The notes beneath the pieces are model-generated. The model saw only the letters and a program-made list of their open reading frames with translations, did not search any database and was not told the origin of the DNA. Shown piece after piece: positions 51,103 through 64,000 of a stretch of 64,000 bases of DNA (its first letter is position 1; each line of letters opens with the position of its first letter). The stretch is from Eledone cirrhosa (lineage: Eukaryota): NCBI GenBank assembly GCA_964016885.1, contig OZ024740.1, positions 63,302,001-63,366,000 on the forward strand, given 5' to 3'. The translations under genes were made by a program, and so were the position numbers.

Positions 51103-53850
51103 TTAGTGTGTTCCAGAATCCCACATTTTACACAAAAGTGTTTTTTTCTTAGCTCCCTATGCATTTTCTCATGCCATTTTGTATATTATCAATTTATAAT
51201 GTAATTTTGATTATTTCAGACTAATTTAAGCCTTGCCTAATAGTTGCAAATTGGCAGAATAATGGCGGAAACCAGTGGGCCTAGCTTCAGCTACTCACTC
51301 CGTTGTGATGATCGAGACATATGGCTCCTGTGGCAATATGTTACATCATTTTCACCAAACAAAATACCAACAAAGGGGGATGTTCTGAGATATTTCTTCT
51401 ACCTGAAAGATGGTCCTATGAAACACGAAAAGCATGTGAGCTTCAATGGTGCTATTGCGGATAGGCTTGTGATGGAAGTAATTAGTCAGTGGGAAAAAGG
51501 CTGGTGTGGCGACTCAACGAAAAGACAAAGTGAAACTGAAAATTATGAACATGTATAGTGAATACAGAAATTTACAAAAAAAACAAAGGTTCTAAGTCAA
51601 ACAAAGAAAAGGAAACACTATTTATTTCTGAATTGGATTCGTATTTCTATATTGCACATACTGATGCTGAAAAGAAAATTTTGAAAGACCGTCTTCGTAA
51701 TAATGAACAAAAAATGGAAGATGCTACATTTCTCGAAGCCCTGCGTTGCCAGAAAAAAGTATCTCTGGGTGCTGAAGACAAGGGTTAGCAGAAAAGGGTA
51801 TCTTCAAAGTTTAAGCGTGATCAGGTTTCTGTGGCTCGTCGAGAGTCAGAGAACCATAGAAAGCGTTTGTCAGGATCTGTAGCAGCACAACATCCACGTA
51901 ATGAACTGTGTGATTCAAGTTCAACCGATGATGAAACTGAAGATGAACAGGATCCTGAATTTCAGGCATCAAACCTATCCAGGGACAGCTCAAAGTCAGA
52001 CAAGAAACGAAAAATCCAGCTGGAACACCCAAAGAATCCATTTCAAAGTCCAAAAATTTCTCTAATGGCTGATCGTTTAAACCTGACACTGGGACAGAGA
52101 ACAGCATTTATGGCATCGATTATTTCTGAGGGTGGGAGTGACATAGACGCTACAACTCTCTCCAAGAATAGTAGCAGACGTGCAGCTAAGAAGATCAGAA
52201 CTGTGGGGGCTGAACACATAAAGGAACAATTTGCTGTACCAGACTTTGTTACCTTACATTGGGATGGCAAAATAATTCCTGGTGACCACGAGAGGCTAGG
52301 TGTGCTAGTTGCTGGAGCTCCGGATTCAGAGAAGGTAAACTCCTCGGTGTTCCCATAATTCCTGATGACACTGGAACCACCCAAGCCAAAGCTTCCTTTG
52401 ATCTTGTTAAAGATTGGAATGTTGATGGGTCTGTGGTGGGCTTGGTCTTCGACACAACTGCTTCGAGAGATGCTAAAAAAAAAGTGTTTTATTTTGCTTG
52501 TCGGCACCATGTCATGGAGCGTATCTTGTGTGCAGTGTGCCAACAACTATTCGGAGCAATGTCCAGTCCAGACACCCCCAAAGTTCAAGGAGTTCAAAAA
52601 AGATTGGGTGTCACTCACGGACAGATCCAACTTTAAAATATTGAACATTGTCGACCGGAGACTCAAGCGTCTGTGTTCTGAGAACATCAAGTTCCTCCAA
52701 GATTTGCTGACATCCGACGATGGGAAAATGAGTTCTCTTCCGCGGGACGACTACCGAGAATGTGCCGAGTTGATGTTGATCTTGCTTGGTGTCACCCCTC
52801 CTCGTGGAATTCATTGGATGCTGCCTGGTGCACATCATAACGCTCGGAGGATGTCCATAATCATCTATAGTGCAAAGATGTATGCATTTGGTGAGCGACT
52901 CAATTACGATTAAGCTAAAATGGAAAAGTTGCGCCGGATCTGTATGTTCAATGCTCTGTTCTACGTGCGATACTGGCTGACAGCAGTCAAGTGTGCTGAT
53001 GCACCATCCAGTGACCTTCAATTCTACGTGGAGTTGACACAGTACAGTAAGGTTGACAGAGATCTCTCGCAGGCAGCCACTACTGCTCTGGGCAGGCATC
53101 TTTGATACCTGACGGAGGAAGCCATACCGCTCGCGCTGTTTTCAAGTCGAGTCCAAGAGTCCGAGAAGAAACAAATAGCCCAACGTCTTGTCAAAACGAA
53201 AACGTCTTGGCCTCCCGACCGTGGTGCTCCAGTATTTCCCGAGTTGAAGTCGTCCACGAAGCTGCCTCATCTAGTTGGGAAGAAATCAAGGCTTCTGTTC
53301 GATCTCCTTGGTCTCGACGATACTTGGCTTGAGCTGTCACCTGCACCTTGGTCATCACAAGCGTCATATCAAAATGCCTGTGCTGTTGTTCACAATATCA
53401 AGGTAGTCAACGGTCTGGCGGAGAGAGCAGTCAAGTTGATAACTGATTTTGTTGCCATCACCAACAATGGGGAGGAGAAGCAGTGTGTTCTTCAAGTAGT
53501 CGAAGCTCATCGTCGCAAGGTCCCGGAGTTCAAAAATGAAACTCTGAAAAAAATATGACTGGAGTTAACTTAACTGAACTTGTTTCTTCCTTGTACGCCT
53601 TTATATTCAAAGCTGGTTTACTAAATATAATGGATTAATAAAATAAACAATTATTGTATGGTCATATTTGGTTTCACATTTTCATGATTTCATGCAACAT
53701 AATCACACTTTCCACTATAATCACCATGATATAGGCAAGACTCAAAATAATTTATTTTATACAAAATATGTTTTATTTTACCAATTGGGGCATTTATAAT
53801 GAGAAAATACACAGGGAGCGTTAGTATTGTGACCTTGCTTTTTATGGCAC

Positions 53851-53857
<7 letters not shown>
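51103..53857 (+). mobile_element. hATm-like DNA transposon (decayed transposase 51261-53558)
   Basis: Motifs IPTKGDVLRYF, LHWDGK, ERLGVLV, GLVFDTTAS, ACRHH..E, RDDYRE, PGAHH.AR.M, RHL*YLTEE, VVN.LAERAVKL. Imperfect termini tagtgtgttcca / tggcacactctg inside (TA)n. Confidence 0.78.
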
Positions 53858-53912
<55 letters not shown>

Positions 53913-53954
53913 GGACACACACTCATACCTATATATATATATATATATATATAT

Positions 53955-54710
53955 AGTGCAAATTTAGACGGGAACAAAACAGAGAGGCAGACAAATAAAG
54001 GTTTATTAGCTTCACGCTCTTGAGAGTGTGGGGGGGGGAGATGTTTCGGGCATAAGCCCTTCTTCGGGAGTAAATAGGTTAGGAAGAGAGTTCCGAGGGT
54101 GTGTGGAAATACATTTAGAAAAAAGGGGGAAGGAGAACAAATAAAAATAAAAATAAACGTAAAAATAAACATAAGAATAAACAATACGATGAACAAGTGG
54201 TGGAAGGGTGTGAGGCGTGTAAGGGTGGTGGCGTGTGGAGTTGGGAGAGGGGGTGTGGGTCGAAGCGTGGAAGGCTGAAGGTGGTGTTTGTGTGTGTGTG
54301 TAGGTGTACATGAGTGTGTGCGCGTGTGTATGTGAGAGGAAGAACGAGATTCCATGTTCAGGAAAAGGTGTGTGCGTGGGGTGGGGTGTAAGTCGGTGTG
54401 TGCGTGCGTGTGGAGCGAGAGAGGTCAGGGGTGGGGGCGTATGGATTCCGGAGGTTGAGTGTGTATATGTGGGGGTACGCACGTGTGTATTTGTGTTTAT
54501 ACGTGGTGTGGATGTGGGTGGCGTGGTGCGAAAAAAATGTGAGTGTATGTTCGTGGGTAAGTTCCTGGGGTAGTTCCATCGAGTGTACGAAGAGATACTG
54601 GATATTTTTCATGTTATGGAGTGGATGGCTGGAGAGATGCCCGGTGGTGTAGAATCCAATGTTGGTGGTGGTCGGAAGTGGAGGGAAGTGGGGTGCGCGC
54701 GCATATATAT
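53955..54710 (-). mobile_element. Non-coding PLE-like 3' module, homolog of 2840-3600
   Basis: Shares the CA-rich UTR, ccgaaga-agggcttatgccc-gaaac (54043-54067), aataaa and (TA)n terminus. Confidence 0.6.
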
Positions 54711-54821
54711 AATAATATTATTTATAGTTATGTATACACTATATACAATAACTATTAGAAATAAACATAAAACTAACACCATTTAATATAAACACTATAT
54801 CTTGCTTATATTATATTCAGG

Positions 54822-55202
54822 AATGGATAAATAATAATATGATGAGACAACTAATGTAGTATAGGAAAATAAATTGTATTTATAATTAAATATATAAATT
54901 AATAGCATTATATATATGAGATTCACTTATAACATAATATAATGTATATTAATAGCACAAGAGATTTAACTAATTAGACCTGTAAACAACTATACATTCT
55001 TACCCATTTCCTATACATTACATATACTTTATTTTGTAATGGATAGATAACAATATAATGAGACCTTTAATGTAAAATAGATTTTATTTAAAATTAAACA
55101 CAAACAAATAGCATTATATAAAAGGGATTCACTTATAACACAATATAATATATAGCAACACAAAGAATTTTAACTAATTGGAGCTGTAAACAACTTTACA
55201 TT
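54822..55202. repeat. Diverged ~215-bp tandem duplication
   Basis: aatggata.ataa..atgagac...aatagcattatata..gattcacttataaca...aactaatt.ga.ctgtaaacaact.tacatt appears twice. Confidence 0.7.
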
Positions 55203-55902
55203 TTTCTAAATTCACTTACAATGTAATCGCTAGTTACCTCCCCTTTCGTATTAGCTCCCCTTAATATAGATCAAACTCACTTCCGGAAATTAAACCGTTA
55301 GAGGAACCACTCAACAACAACAATATATTAGGACCGGTATACAATCCATGGCTGTGACTGATTAAAAACATTCACTAAAATAAAACATAGCCAATGTAAT
55401 GGAAAAGATAGCAATAATATTGATACTCTCAGCACATACACATTTAAACATTACAGAAACAATTATCACACTACATCCACCATAAACTAATAATTTTAAT
55501 ACAAAAACAGCTTTGCCTGCTTGTAAACATATGTTGTTTTATGTGATACCTTTACCTCACAAAAATTATATATGCCTACTACCATTGCTCGTTTCCTTCC
55601 TGTATATGCCTATTGCATTTGCACTCTCTATACGCTTGCATATGTACTGCTAGTGTCCTCGTTTCACGAGTAACTTTCTACCTTAATGTCTCTAATTGTT
55701 ATACTAATCTCTGTCGCATTCATTCCAATGTGCCTTTTAACTTTTAATTTTTAATTTTAATTATTGTACAATTCTCTTGAAATCTATGTCGCATCCATTC
55801 CACTCTGTAAATACGAAACTGTTGTTGACAACATTAATATCCATGTATCTATATGATTGTTCAGTTGAATAGGAGGTTAATTATATGTAGAAACATTGCT
55901 AA

Positions 55903-55949
55903 TGCTCCGATGATCCCAAACGATAGTTTGGAAGAAACGATTGTCAGCA
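55903..55949 (+). ncRNA. Minimal type-I hammerhead ribozyme (CCGAUGA variant)
   Basis: tgct-CCGATGA-tcccaaac gata gtttggaa-GAAAC-gatt-GTC-agca, then aataaa and (TA)n. Confidence 0.7.
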
Positions 55950-56010
55950 ATAAAATGATTTGAACATAGTTTTGATTATTGTGTAACTTATATATATATA
56001 TATATGTATA

Positions 56011-56585
56011 TCATTCATTCATTCTCAGCCCCACACTCATCGATACAGTCTTCACCTCCTGTATCAACTCCTCTGCCTCCTTCACTGTGTTTGCCACCAG
56101 AACTATGTCACCAGAAAATTCGACATCTGATATCTTTTTAGCCTTAACTCTCCTGCTCTGGGCCAGTGCTACAGTAAAGCCAGAGTCCTGGTGTTTCTCC
56201 AGTGCAAGGCGCATACAATAGTCCACTACGATGATAAAAAGGTAGGGAGCCAATGTATCTCCCTGGAGCACTCCAGCCAGTATCTCAAAGAACTCCGTCA
56301 TCCCGACAGGTGTAATGACGACTTGGGCTCTGGTGTTGGTGTAGAGCAATGAAATCAGGTCCACTATCTTCTTGGGGATTCCATAAGCATTTAAGATCTT
56401 TATCAGGCAGTGACGGTCCACAGAATCATAGGCTTTCCTAAAGTCAATGAAAGCTATGACGGCAGGAAGGCTCTTTTCTCTAGCTCCCTCTAATATCCTC
56501 CTCAGTATCAGGATGTAACTGGTGGTTGATCTTCCCTCTCTGAAGCCGTTCTGGTTGTCCCTGAGCTTCTTCTTCATCTCGGGCT
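56011..56585 (-). pseudogene. RTE-like LINE reverse transcriptase fragment
   Basis: NQNGFREGRST, FIDFRKAYDSV, GVLQGDTLAPYLF. The catalytic YADD is degraded to FSGD. Confidence 0.88.
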
Positions 56586-56932
56586 GACACTGGTCTCTGG
56601 GAGACGCAGGACATGGCGGCGATGATGAAGGACAGAGACTGATCTCGGGAATTTTACCCGCTCGATATATATATAATGATACAAACCAGGAATACAGGAT
56701 TAGCTGGTCGAAACTGTCAGGGGCAAACGCCTACAGAAATGGAATGTCCCACTACGGACTTTGCAATATGGAGTTGCTCCATATTTTAAAGTATGACAAA
56801 ATGCTGCTTAACAGCAAAATAGAGTGGTCAATTTTCTGTAGGCATAAAGCAGCTACTAAATTCGCAAATCTCAAACCAACATGATTCGACCCAACAATTC
56901 CATAATTCAAACTGAACCACTTAAGTCTATTA

Positions 56933-57105
56933 TTGGCAGTATCGGGAGAGGGTCGGACGCCATGCTTTGGCGCATAGTTTCGGCCCTTTCCATAATGAGT
57001 TCAAATCCCGCCGAGGTTAACTTTGCCTTTCATCCTTACGGGGTCGATAAAATAAAGTACCAGTAATACACTGGGTATTTGCTGGCTGTGTGCCAAAAGT
57101 AGAAT
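56933..57105 (+). mobile_element. SINE family A
   Basis: Head, B box, core and tail as in 5532-5713. Confidence 0.88.
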
Positions 57106-57819
57106 TAACTGTCAATAGATCAACTAATCACTGAATCAACATCATTACCTCCTAACCTTTCTTTCTTCCACTCTCTTTCCCTAAAACTATTTCACCTCTT
57201 CCATTATATCCTATCATGTTCTCTTCAACTCTCATATAACTTCCAATTTATTAATTTATCCTTTATTTAGCACTGTACTATTTCTTCATAATATAATTTA
57301 ACCAATACATATATATATATATCTAGTATTTTCATGTTCATACCATCACATCTTTATATTTTAACCACCACCACAACTATTTTCAACAATCATACTATGT
57401 TCACTTTTCTTTACACACATATAAATATTTTTCGTCTTCGTTCTAACTTATTTATTATTTATAGTACCAGTAATGCACTGGGTAATTGCTGGCCTTGTGC
57501 CAAAAGTAGAAACAATTATTTATTTACTATTTTTTATTTTTTATTTTTTTTTTTTTTTTCTTCTTTTTTATTTTTCTCTCTCTCTTTTTCTTTTTTATTT
57601 TTTCTTCTTCTTTCTTTATTACTGCTGTTGTGATTTGAATTTTCCTAGTATATTACAAACGCGTTTTAATCAGTTTTTCCGATGACATTGTATTTAAAAT
57701 TGAGTGAAACAACTTCAAGTGATTAGCAATTTTTAGACATCCTAATCAATGAAACAATGTTAATACTGTAAATAAAATCCTTTTTGTACTGTTGACCATG
57801 TTATTCTTCACTCTTTCAC

Positions 57820-57893
<74 letters not shown>

Positions 57894-57997
57894 TATGTAT
57901 AGTATATTTGGCAATATACTGTATGTTTAATTAAAAACATTTTGAATACCATTCGCTATGAGTTTTAAAGTAGTGACTGTCACGTACTTATTCTCGG

Positions 57998-58050
<53 letters not shown>

Positions 58051-58218
58051 TAAAGTTAGTCCTTCATCAGTGATCTTCCAACCATCATTGGTATTTCATC
58101 GCTTTAAAGACCATATACCTCCGGTTGGTGCGAGCAACGGCTAAAAAAAGTCGTTGGGACACGTAAATAAAGGGGACACGAGAGTGTAAACAAACAGAGA
58201 TGGTGAAGCAACGAAAAG

Positions 58219-58250
<32 letters not shown>

Positions 58251-59684
58251 GGGCTTCTGCAATTTCCATCTATTAAATTCTATTCATAAGATATTGGTCA
58301 ACTCGGATATAGGTGTGCGTGCCACGCAACGGGACTGAACCTAAAACCACGTGATTATGGAGCGAACTGCTTAGCCCCACAACTATACCCTTGCCAATGA
58401 TTTCACATCCCGAATCATCAAACCCATAGCAAGAACTGCAGAAAGAACAGCACTAATGGTAGTCCTTCGTTTGGAATATCATGAGAGTGAATGTAGAATT
58501 TCGACGATAACTGGCAAAGAGGATTAAACTTCAGCTATAAAATCAAACTGAAAGTATATTTTTAAATGTTATATACTGAAAAAATGGACACGATTTTTCT
58601 CAGGATTTCATATCCCACTGTCTCACCTTGTATCTGCTATGTAGTGTATAGATAATCCTATGAAATTTGGAGGAAATGGAGTAGCTGTGGTGACCGACGA
58701 ATACAACTTCATGCACTGCAAGCACCATCGTAGTTGCTATCAAGTGAGTCGCTTGATTCTTGTGCTTGTCATGAATAAAAACGCGTTCGCCAGCACCCGC
58801 ATTTTAATTCATTGTTGGTGGGCTTATCAACAACTCTCAAATTACACATTATTGTCCAACATAAAGTCACTTTACTTTCATTAATATCGAATATAATAAT
58901 TTTCTTTCAACCGGATGCCATGCTAAAAGATACTCACCAAAGCTACCGCGCAGTGTGACCGACCTCTTGACTAAACAGTTGTTTAGCCTCGAGTATATAT
59001 TTAAAATATTCAAAAGTCATAGTTTATCCCAGGTCAGTGTTGAATGCTCATGACTATGGTCGAAGGCGCTACATCTTTTACCATCCATTCTTTTTTCAAA
59101 GCCAGAAAACATTCCAGCCTCACCAACAACAACTAAAAAAATAACACTACAGAGCTGAGGTGAGACCCACAAGGATGTACTGAGTACCCACCTAAGACGG
59201 CGTTACTGTTACACACATCGATATCCGAAACCGCATTCAAAGATAGGCAACTCGACTGATTGGAATGAAGTCACCCAGTTTATCATTGATGTTATGCATA
59301 TATTAATCTTAAGAGCGGATGCAGTGTGGTAGAATGATTGCGTTCGCTTTGTAATCATTGGGTCCTGGATTAGATCCCACTACATGACATCTTTGGCAAG
59401 TATTATTTACTTCGAGTAGACCCATGCCGTGTGCATGAAATAAGGTAGACGGAAAACTTGGAAACTTATCGGATGGACTGTATCTGTAATCCAAAGGGCC
59501 AATCTTGTCATACACTGTGTCCCGTTAAATCTTCCAAAGAATTACGTTACGAGTACACATGTCTGTAGAATTCCCACGTTAATTTCATGGGTAGGCTGTT
59601 CCGTTGATCGAACAACTGGAGCACTAATTGACGAAACCGATGGAGATCCATTTTATTTCATTCAAGTTTAAGTTCATTAAAAAT

Positions 59685-59869
59685 AAATAATTGTTTCTAC
59701 TTTTGGCACAAGGCCAGCAATTACCCAATGCATTACTGGTACTTTATTTTATCGACCCCGTAAGGATGAAAGGCAGAGTTAACCTCGGCGGGATTTGAAC
59801 TCAGAATGGAAAGGGCCGTAACTCTCTATGTGTCAAAGCATGGCGTCCGACCTTCTACCGATACTGCCA
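59685..59869 (-). mobile_element. SINE family A
   Basis: Reverse complement of 5532-5713. Confidence 0.9.
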
Positions 59870-59959
59870 GAAACGTAGACTCTCAGCTAATCTAATTGAT
59901 GGCTATTGAGTATATAACAACAGCTGGTATCATTATCTATAAAAGGCAGATTGTTGTTG

Positions 59960-60037
<78 letters not shown>

Positions 60038-60239
60038 ATGTTCCATGTTTATACATTTGCACAATTTCAAATCGATTCGACTCAAAGTCTGTAAGAATGT
60101 TGTAAATGGTCTAACTTAGGTCAACGACTATTTATTTCATTCACACTTATCCACAATTATGGAAATAATCGATAAAACTAAATACATGACGCTTTACCCT
60201 CTAATACAATCAAATTTCCTCTATCTACTCCCCTTAAAC

Positions 60240-60295
<56 letters not shown>

Positions 60296-60377
60296 TTTGT
60301 TTTTGAGTGTGAACAGTCAAACATTTATTTACTTCAATGACAAAGAGAACTTATTACATTTCATACGAAATAACAAT

Positions 60378-60850
60378 TATTCAAAAGCAACAGATAAATT
60401 TATTCAACAACAAAAAAAATAGCGATAAATCTTTTTTAAAACATCTCTCAACAAACGCGGAAGAAAGAAGTATTAGTTCATTTACTATACACTATAATAT
60501 CCTCTATGTGGTCACTAAACCTGTTAGAAACAGCAGCTAACTCTCCCCCATATTCAAAAGCAATAGATAAATTTATTCAACAACAACAAAAATAGCGATA
60601 AATCTGTTTTACAGCTATCAACGAACGTGGAAGAAAGAAGTATCAGTTCATTTACTACAACACAATAATATCCTCTATGTGGTCACTAAACCTGCTAGAA
60701 ACAGCAGCTAACTCTCCCCCATATCACACCACTCCCTACTGTCTTAAATTTAGAAAACATATCCTCTATGAGGTCACTAAACCTGCTAGAAACAGCAGCT
60801 AACTCTCCCCATATCACACCCCTCCCTACTGTCTTAAATTTAGAAAACAC
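60378..60850. repeat. Nested tandem duplications (~172 bp x2 and ~90 bp x2)
   Basis: tattcaaaagcaa.agataaattt... appears twice. atcctctatg.ggtcactaaacctg.tagaaacagcagctaactctcccc appears three times. Confidence 0.85.
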
Positions 60851-61039
60851 ACATTAGACAACCATGCAGAACAACTCCATCGCAGCTCTGTTGTTCGGCT
60901 GGTATCGTCTACGCGCGTGTTGTGCAAGTACTGTGAAACAATAAATTTCAACACTTCTTTGCACAGAATTAATATCCATAGGCGAAACTACAATTGTCAC
61001 TGCTGGCGCAGCTCCTGCTTCGGCAGTCCAGGTCTGCAA

Positions 61040-61147
61040 TTCATTCACCCAGTGCCTGGCAGACAAAAAAGTGCTGCCATAAAATGGGTGGTGCAACCTA
61101 ACTTTGGTAACTTACTGACCCCGAGCAACGCCGGGCTTTAATGCTAG
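61040..61147 (+). mobile_element. Helitron 3' terminus
   Basis: Imperfect GC hairpin cccgagcaacgccggg followed 8 nt later by CTAG-T. Confidence 0.6.
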
Positions 61148-61399
61148 TTATATATAAATGTATTTAATAACACTTGGCTTAATACGTCTAGCTGTAAATA
61201 TGTACTATGACTAGATATAGCTCATTATTGCAAGCAATAGCAGTGAAGCATTTATGTAAGTTATGAACGTTTCAGTACTATCAGCGTTTCGTCACTTATG
61301 ACTTTCGTTTTTATGACAATCTCATTTCATCTTAACCGATCTTCCGATCGAACCAGGAAAACACTGTTAGGCCATCTAGGCACTCATGTATAACAAGGA

Positions 61400-62030
61400 G
61401 ACGGGATGCACATTTTAAAGCTAGCCTAGGGCCCTAGTACATAGGCATCGGCTCTGCTCATGCTAGATGCTTTGTTCTATAACCATTCTTCGTATTTCCA
61501 ATACAGTCTTCAGTCTAACGTATTTTTTAAATATGTCAATAAAGTTAATTATTTGTCTCCCACGTTTAATCCACCTGTGTGTTGGCTGCCCTAGTACTTG
61601 GTTTGAGTATATTTCTTCAGGGTGTCTCACACAGCAACCTGTTAATGGGAATCTTCGCAGTTATCTTTTCTGTTAACTTTCATAACTTTCTGTATGTTGA
61701 TGTGCTTCTTCCAAATGATGTTAAGAACCATCCATGACGTTTGAAAGAACATCCCATTTAGCTGGTTTTCAAGTTTCCGTGTGAGTTCCCATGTCTCACT
61801 GACATATAGCAACACAGATTCAACTATTGCGGGGGGAAAAAATAATAAAAAGTTGGGGGTAGTCTAATCTTTATACATATTTTCCTGAGATGACTTCCAG
61901 ATCTTTGATAATTTATGATGTACTTCCTACACAATTTCCTTTCTTTTCGTGATATTTTTTTCTGGGCTAGCTACCTAAGCTTCAAGATATTTGAAATTTT
62001 AACCATCTTTTTATGAGGCAGTCATCATTT
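61400..62030 (-). pseudogene. Degenerate RTE LINE C-terminal region
   Basis: Minus-strand remnants VKNFKYL, VESVLLY.SETW, MVLNIIWKKH. Confidence 0.6.
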
Positions 62031-62249
62031 GAAATCCCCTCTCTCAGTCTGACTAACTATAAATAAAAATTGTATTTTTCTTACGTACTGCTCATTAATG
62101 CAAGAAGCCTTTGGTGTGGAAATGCAAGATCATGCGCTCTGAAGCGAGAGGGGTATTCTTGTGTGGTCTGTCTCGGTATAAGTTCCCAAATGATGAACAT
62201 AATTAGTCCTACATAAGCCCTGAACGAGTTCAAATCCAAACTACAAATT

Positions 62250-62760
62250 ACAAGTTTTCCCCTTCAAAATAATCCCCCTCGTGTCTAACGCACTTTCCCA
62301 TCCTTCTCGATCACGCCTCCATGCATTCCTCGAAGGATTTTCCCGGAATTCTCCACAACTCAGTCGTGACGGCTCTCTTGATCGTTTCTACGTGTCGCAC
62401 TTGATCCATGACTCATCACTGGTGATGACTCTCTCCAACAAGTCTGGTTCGGTTTCAAGGCGCTCAAGAATGTCCAGACACACCTGCATGCGCCGCTCCT
62501 TCTGGTCATTTCAGCAGCATCGGCATCATCTTCGCTCAGATTTGCATGTCCAAATCTTCGGTGATAATCTTCCAAAACCTGACGCGGGCGTCAGCCGACG
62601 ATCACCACGCACGACTTGCCTCATGAGCTCAACGTTGGCCTCAGTTGTGCTCGTTGAAGGCCTTCCGCTGCAGGGGTCATCTTCCACCTTTTGTGCCACT
62701 CGAAAACCATGAGCGCGACATCATCTCATCTCCGTACACTTGCTGCAGTATTCTGAGTAT
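62250..62760 (-). mobile_element. mariner transposase fragment
   Basis: Minus strand: VEDDPCSGRPSTS...VELMRQVVRGDRRLT and VITSDESWI. Confidence 0.75.
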
Positions 62761-64000
62761 ATATTGTTAGTTTATCTGCAAGTCAACGCTACACAAGCTG
62801 ACCTATAATCAAAAGCATTCCAGTCATGAACATCCTGTTATTTTACTTGTCACGGATTGCATTGACTAAGATAATCTAGTCCCTCTTATTTGAATTAAGC
62901 TAAATTTGGCTGCTACATATTTCAGGTCGAGCAGCGACGTGAAGCACTCCCTCGTTTGCTCGTCTAATTGTGAGATGTTATTTTTGTTGTTGTCATTGTT
63001 GTTGTTTAACACTTAATGAGCTATGATTGAGATGTTCAATAATCAAAAGCATCCCATTTATGACCATCCCATCTTTTATTCAAACAGAAAGTATTTAAAT
63101 CTAATTGGTAATCACTGCAGCGTAAAATAAAATGCCTTGCGATGTTTGTTCCGATTCGCTGAGTTTAGATCTCGCCGAGGTCAACTTTGCTCTTTTAGGG
63201 TTGATAAAGTAGGATCGGCTACCGCTTTGCTTCCTCTCTCTCGCTGTAGCCACTTTCCGTTGTTTGGGAGATCATAAAATAGCTGCTTTCAAGCAAAAAT
63301 GAGAAAAGGATTGGCTCCGATTTAGGATAATGCAGGGCCTGGACTAGTCGATGGATGTTCAAAGTGATCCTGTTCCTTTATTCTGCATCTGCTTTGGTTC
63401 TTCCCTTTCTAGAATTGTTGTCGCTCGTGGGTTTTGCTTTTCATCAATAGACCGGATCGGGCCGCCGTGCCTATCACCAAGTTGTGTTGTAAGGCAGAGT
63501 AGCCCTGCCTTAGTTTGGCCATAGCCAAAAGGGAGAAGAATTGGCGCCACCTCTCGAAGTGGCTGTACCTACGATAGTATAGATGCTCGTGAGTTTGGGT
63601 TTACGTCGTTGTTCGAGTGATCATAATATGTTCTGATTGAGATAGGTGTTAGATAGGGCCGGGCAGCGTTCGGAATGAAATGCTGAATGGTACAGCTACT
63701 ACACTACAATCTTTCGAGTATCTTCTCATAATCTGAACCATTCAACGCCATCGAGGTGGGTGTAGTACGCATGATAGACGAGACGGCACCGACGACGAGT
63801 CGAGACATAGGTTTACATAGTGTGCACACGGTTGTAATAGTGTAGAAATTATTGTTTCGTTTCCCTCTTTCAGTTATAATGGAATGAAAAGACAGAATAT
63901 AACCGTGCAGGGGCGGTGGAACTGAGAAAGAGGGCATGTGTCCCCACCCACCCTATAATTATATTTTTCTCCCCAAACTTTCAAAACACATCTATTTTTA

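Noticed and set aside
58045-58080. Minus-strand ctgatga as a hammerhead
   Set aside because: Interrupted by (TA)n before any stem II or GAAA.
63200-63830. GC-richer segment as a possible host exon or retroelement remnant
   Set aside because: No recognisable motif or convincing splice-bounded frame by eye; it needs a database search.

Overview
AT-rich, repeat-saturated eukaryotic DNA with no recognisable host gene and one 200-N assembly gap (36551-36750). The SINE families and the dense (AT)n/(GT)n/(TAT)n microsatellites resemble an octopus/cephalopod genome; this assignment is inferred from memory, not from a search. The window is a mosaic of mobile-element remnants. It holds several Penelope-like elements (PLEs; Naiad-type RT+GIY-YIG, one near full length at ~6.2-10.6 kb), a Tx1/L1 LINE, an R4/Dong element, a CRE-like element, RTE and CR1-like fragments, mariners, a Chapaev3 and a hATm-like DNA transposon, Helitron pieces, LTR remnants, many tRNA-derived SINEs and a 5.4-kb 48-bp satellite. 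The most striking signal missing from the ORF track is a set of 13 minimal type-I hammerhead ribozymes (12 with the canonical CUGANGA core, one CCGAUGA variant) plus ~6 degenerate ones, on both strands. They sit in PLE-like terminal repeats that mostly end at (TA)n tracts and are often duplicated as fold-back palindromes. Two of them follow a shared octamer + TATA-palindrome module, and two sit in short non-coding units with terminal direct repeats (retrozyme-like). Most ORFs in the track are microsatellite or satellite artefacts. All alignments and folds were done by eye, so coordinates are approximate.
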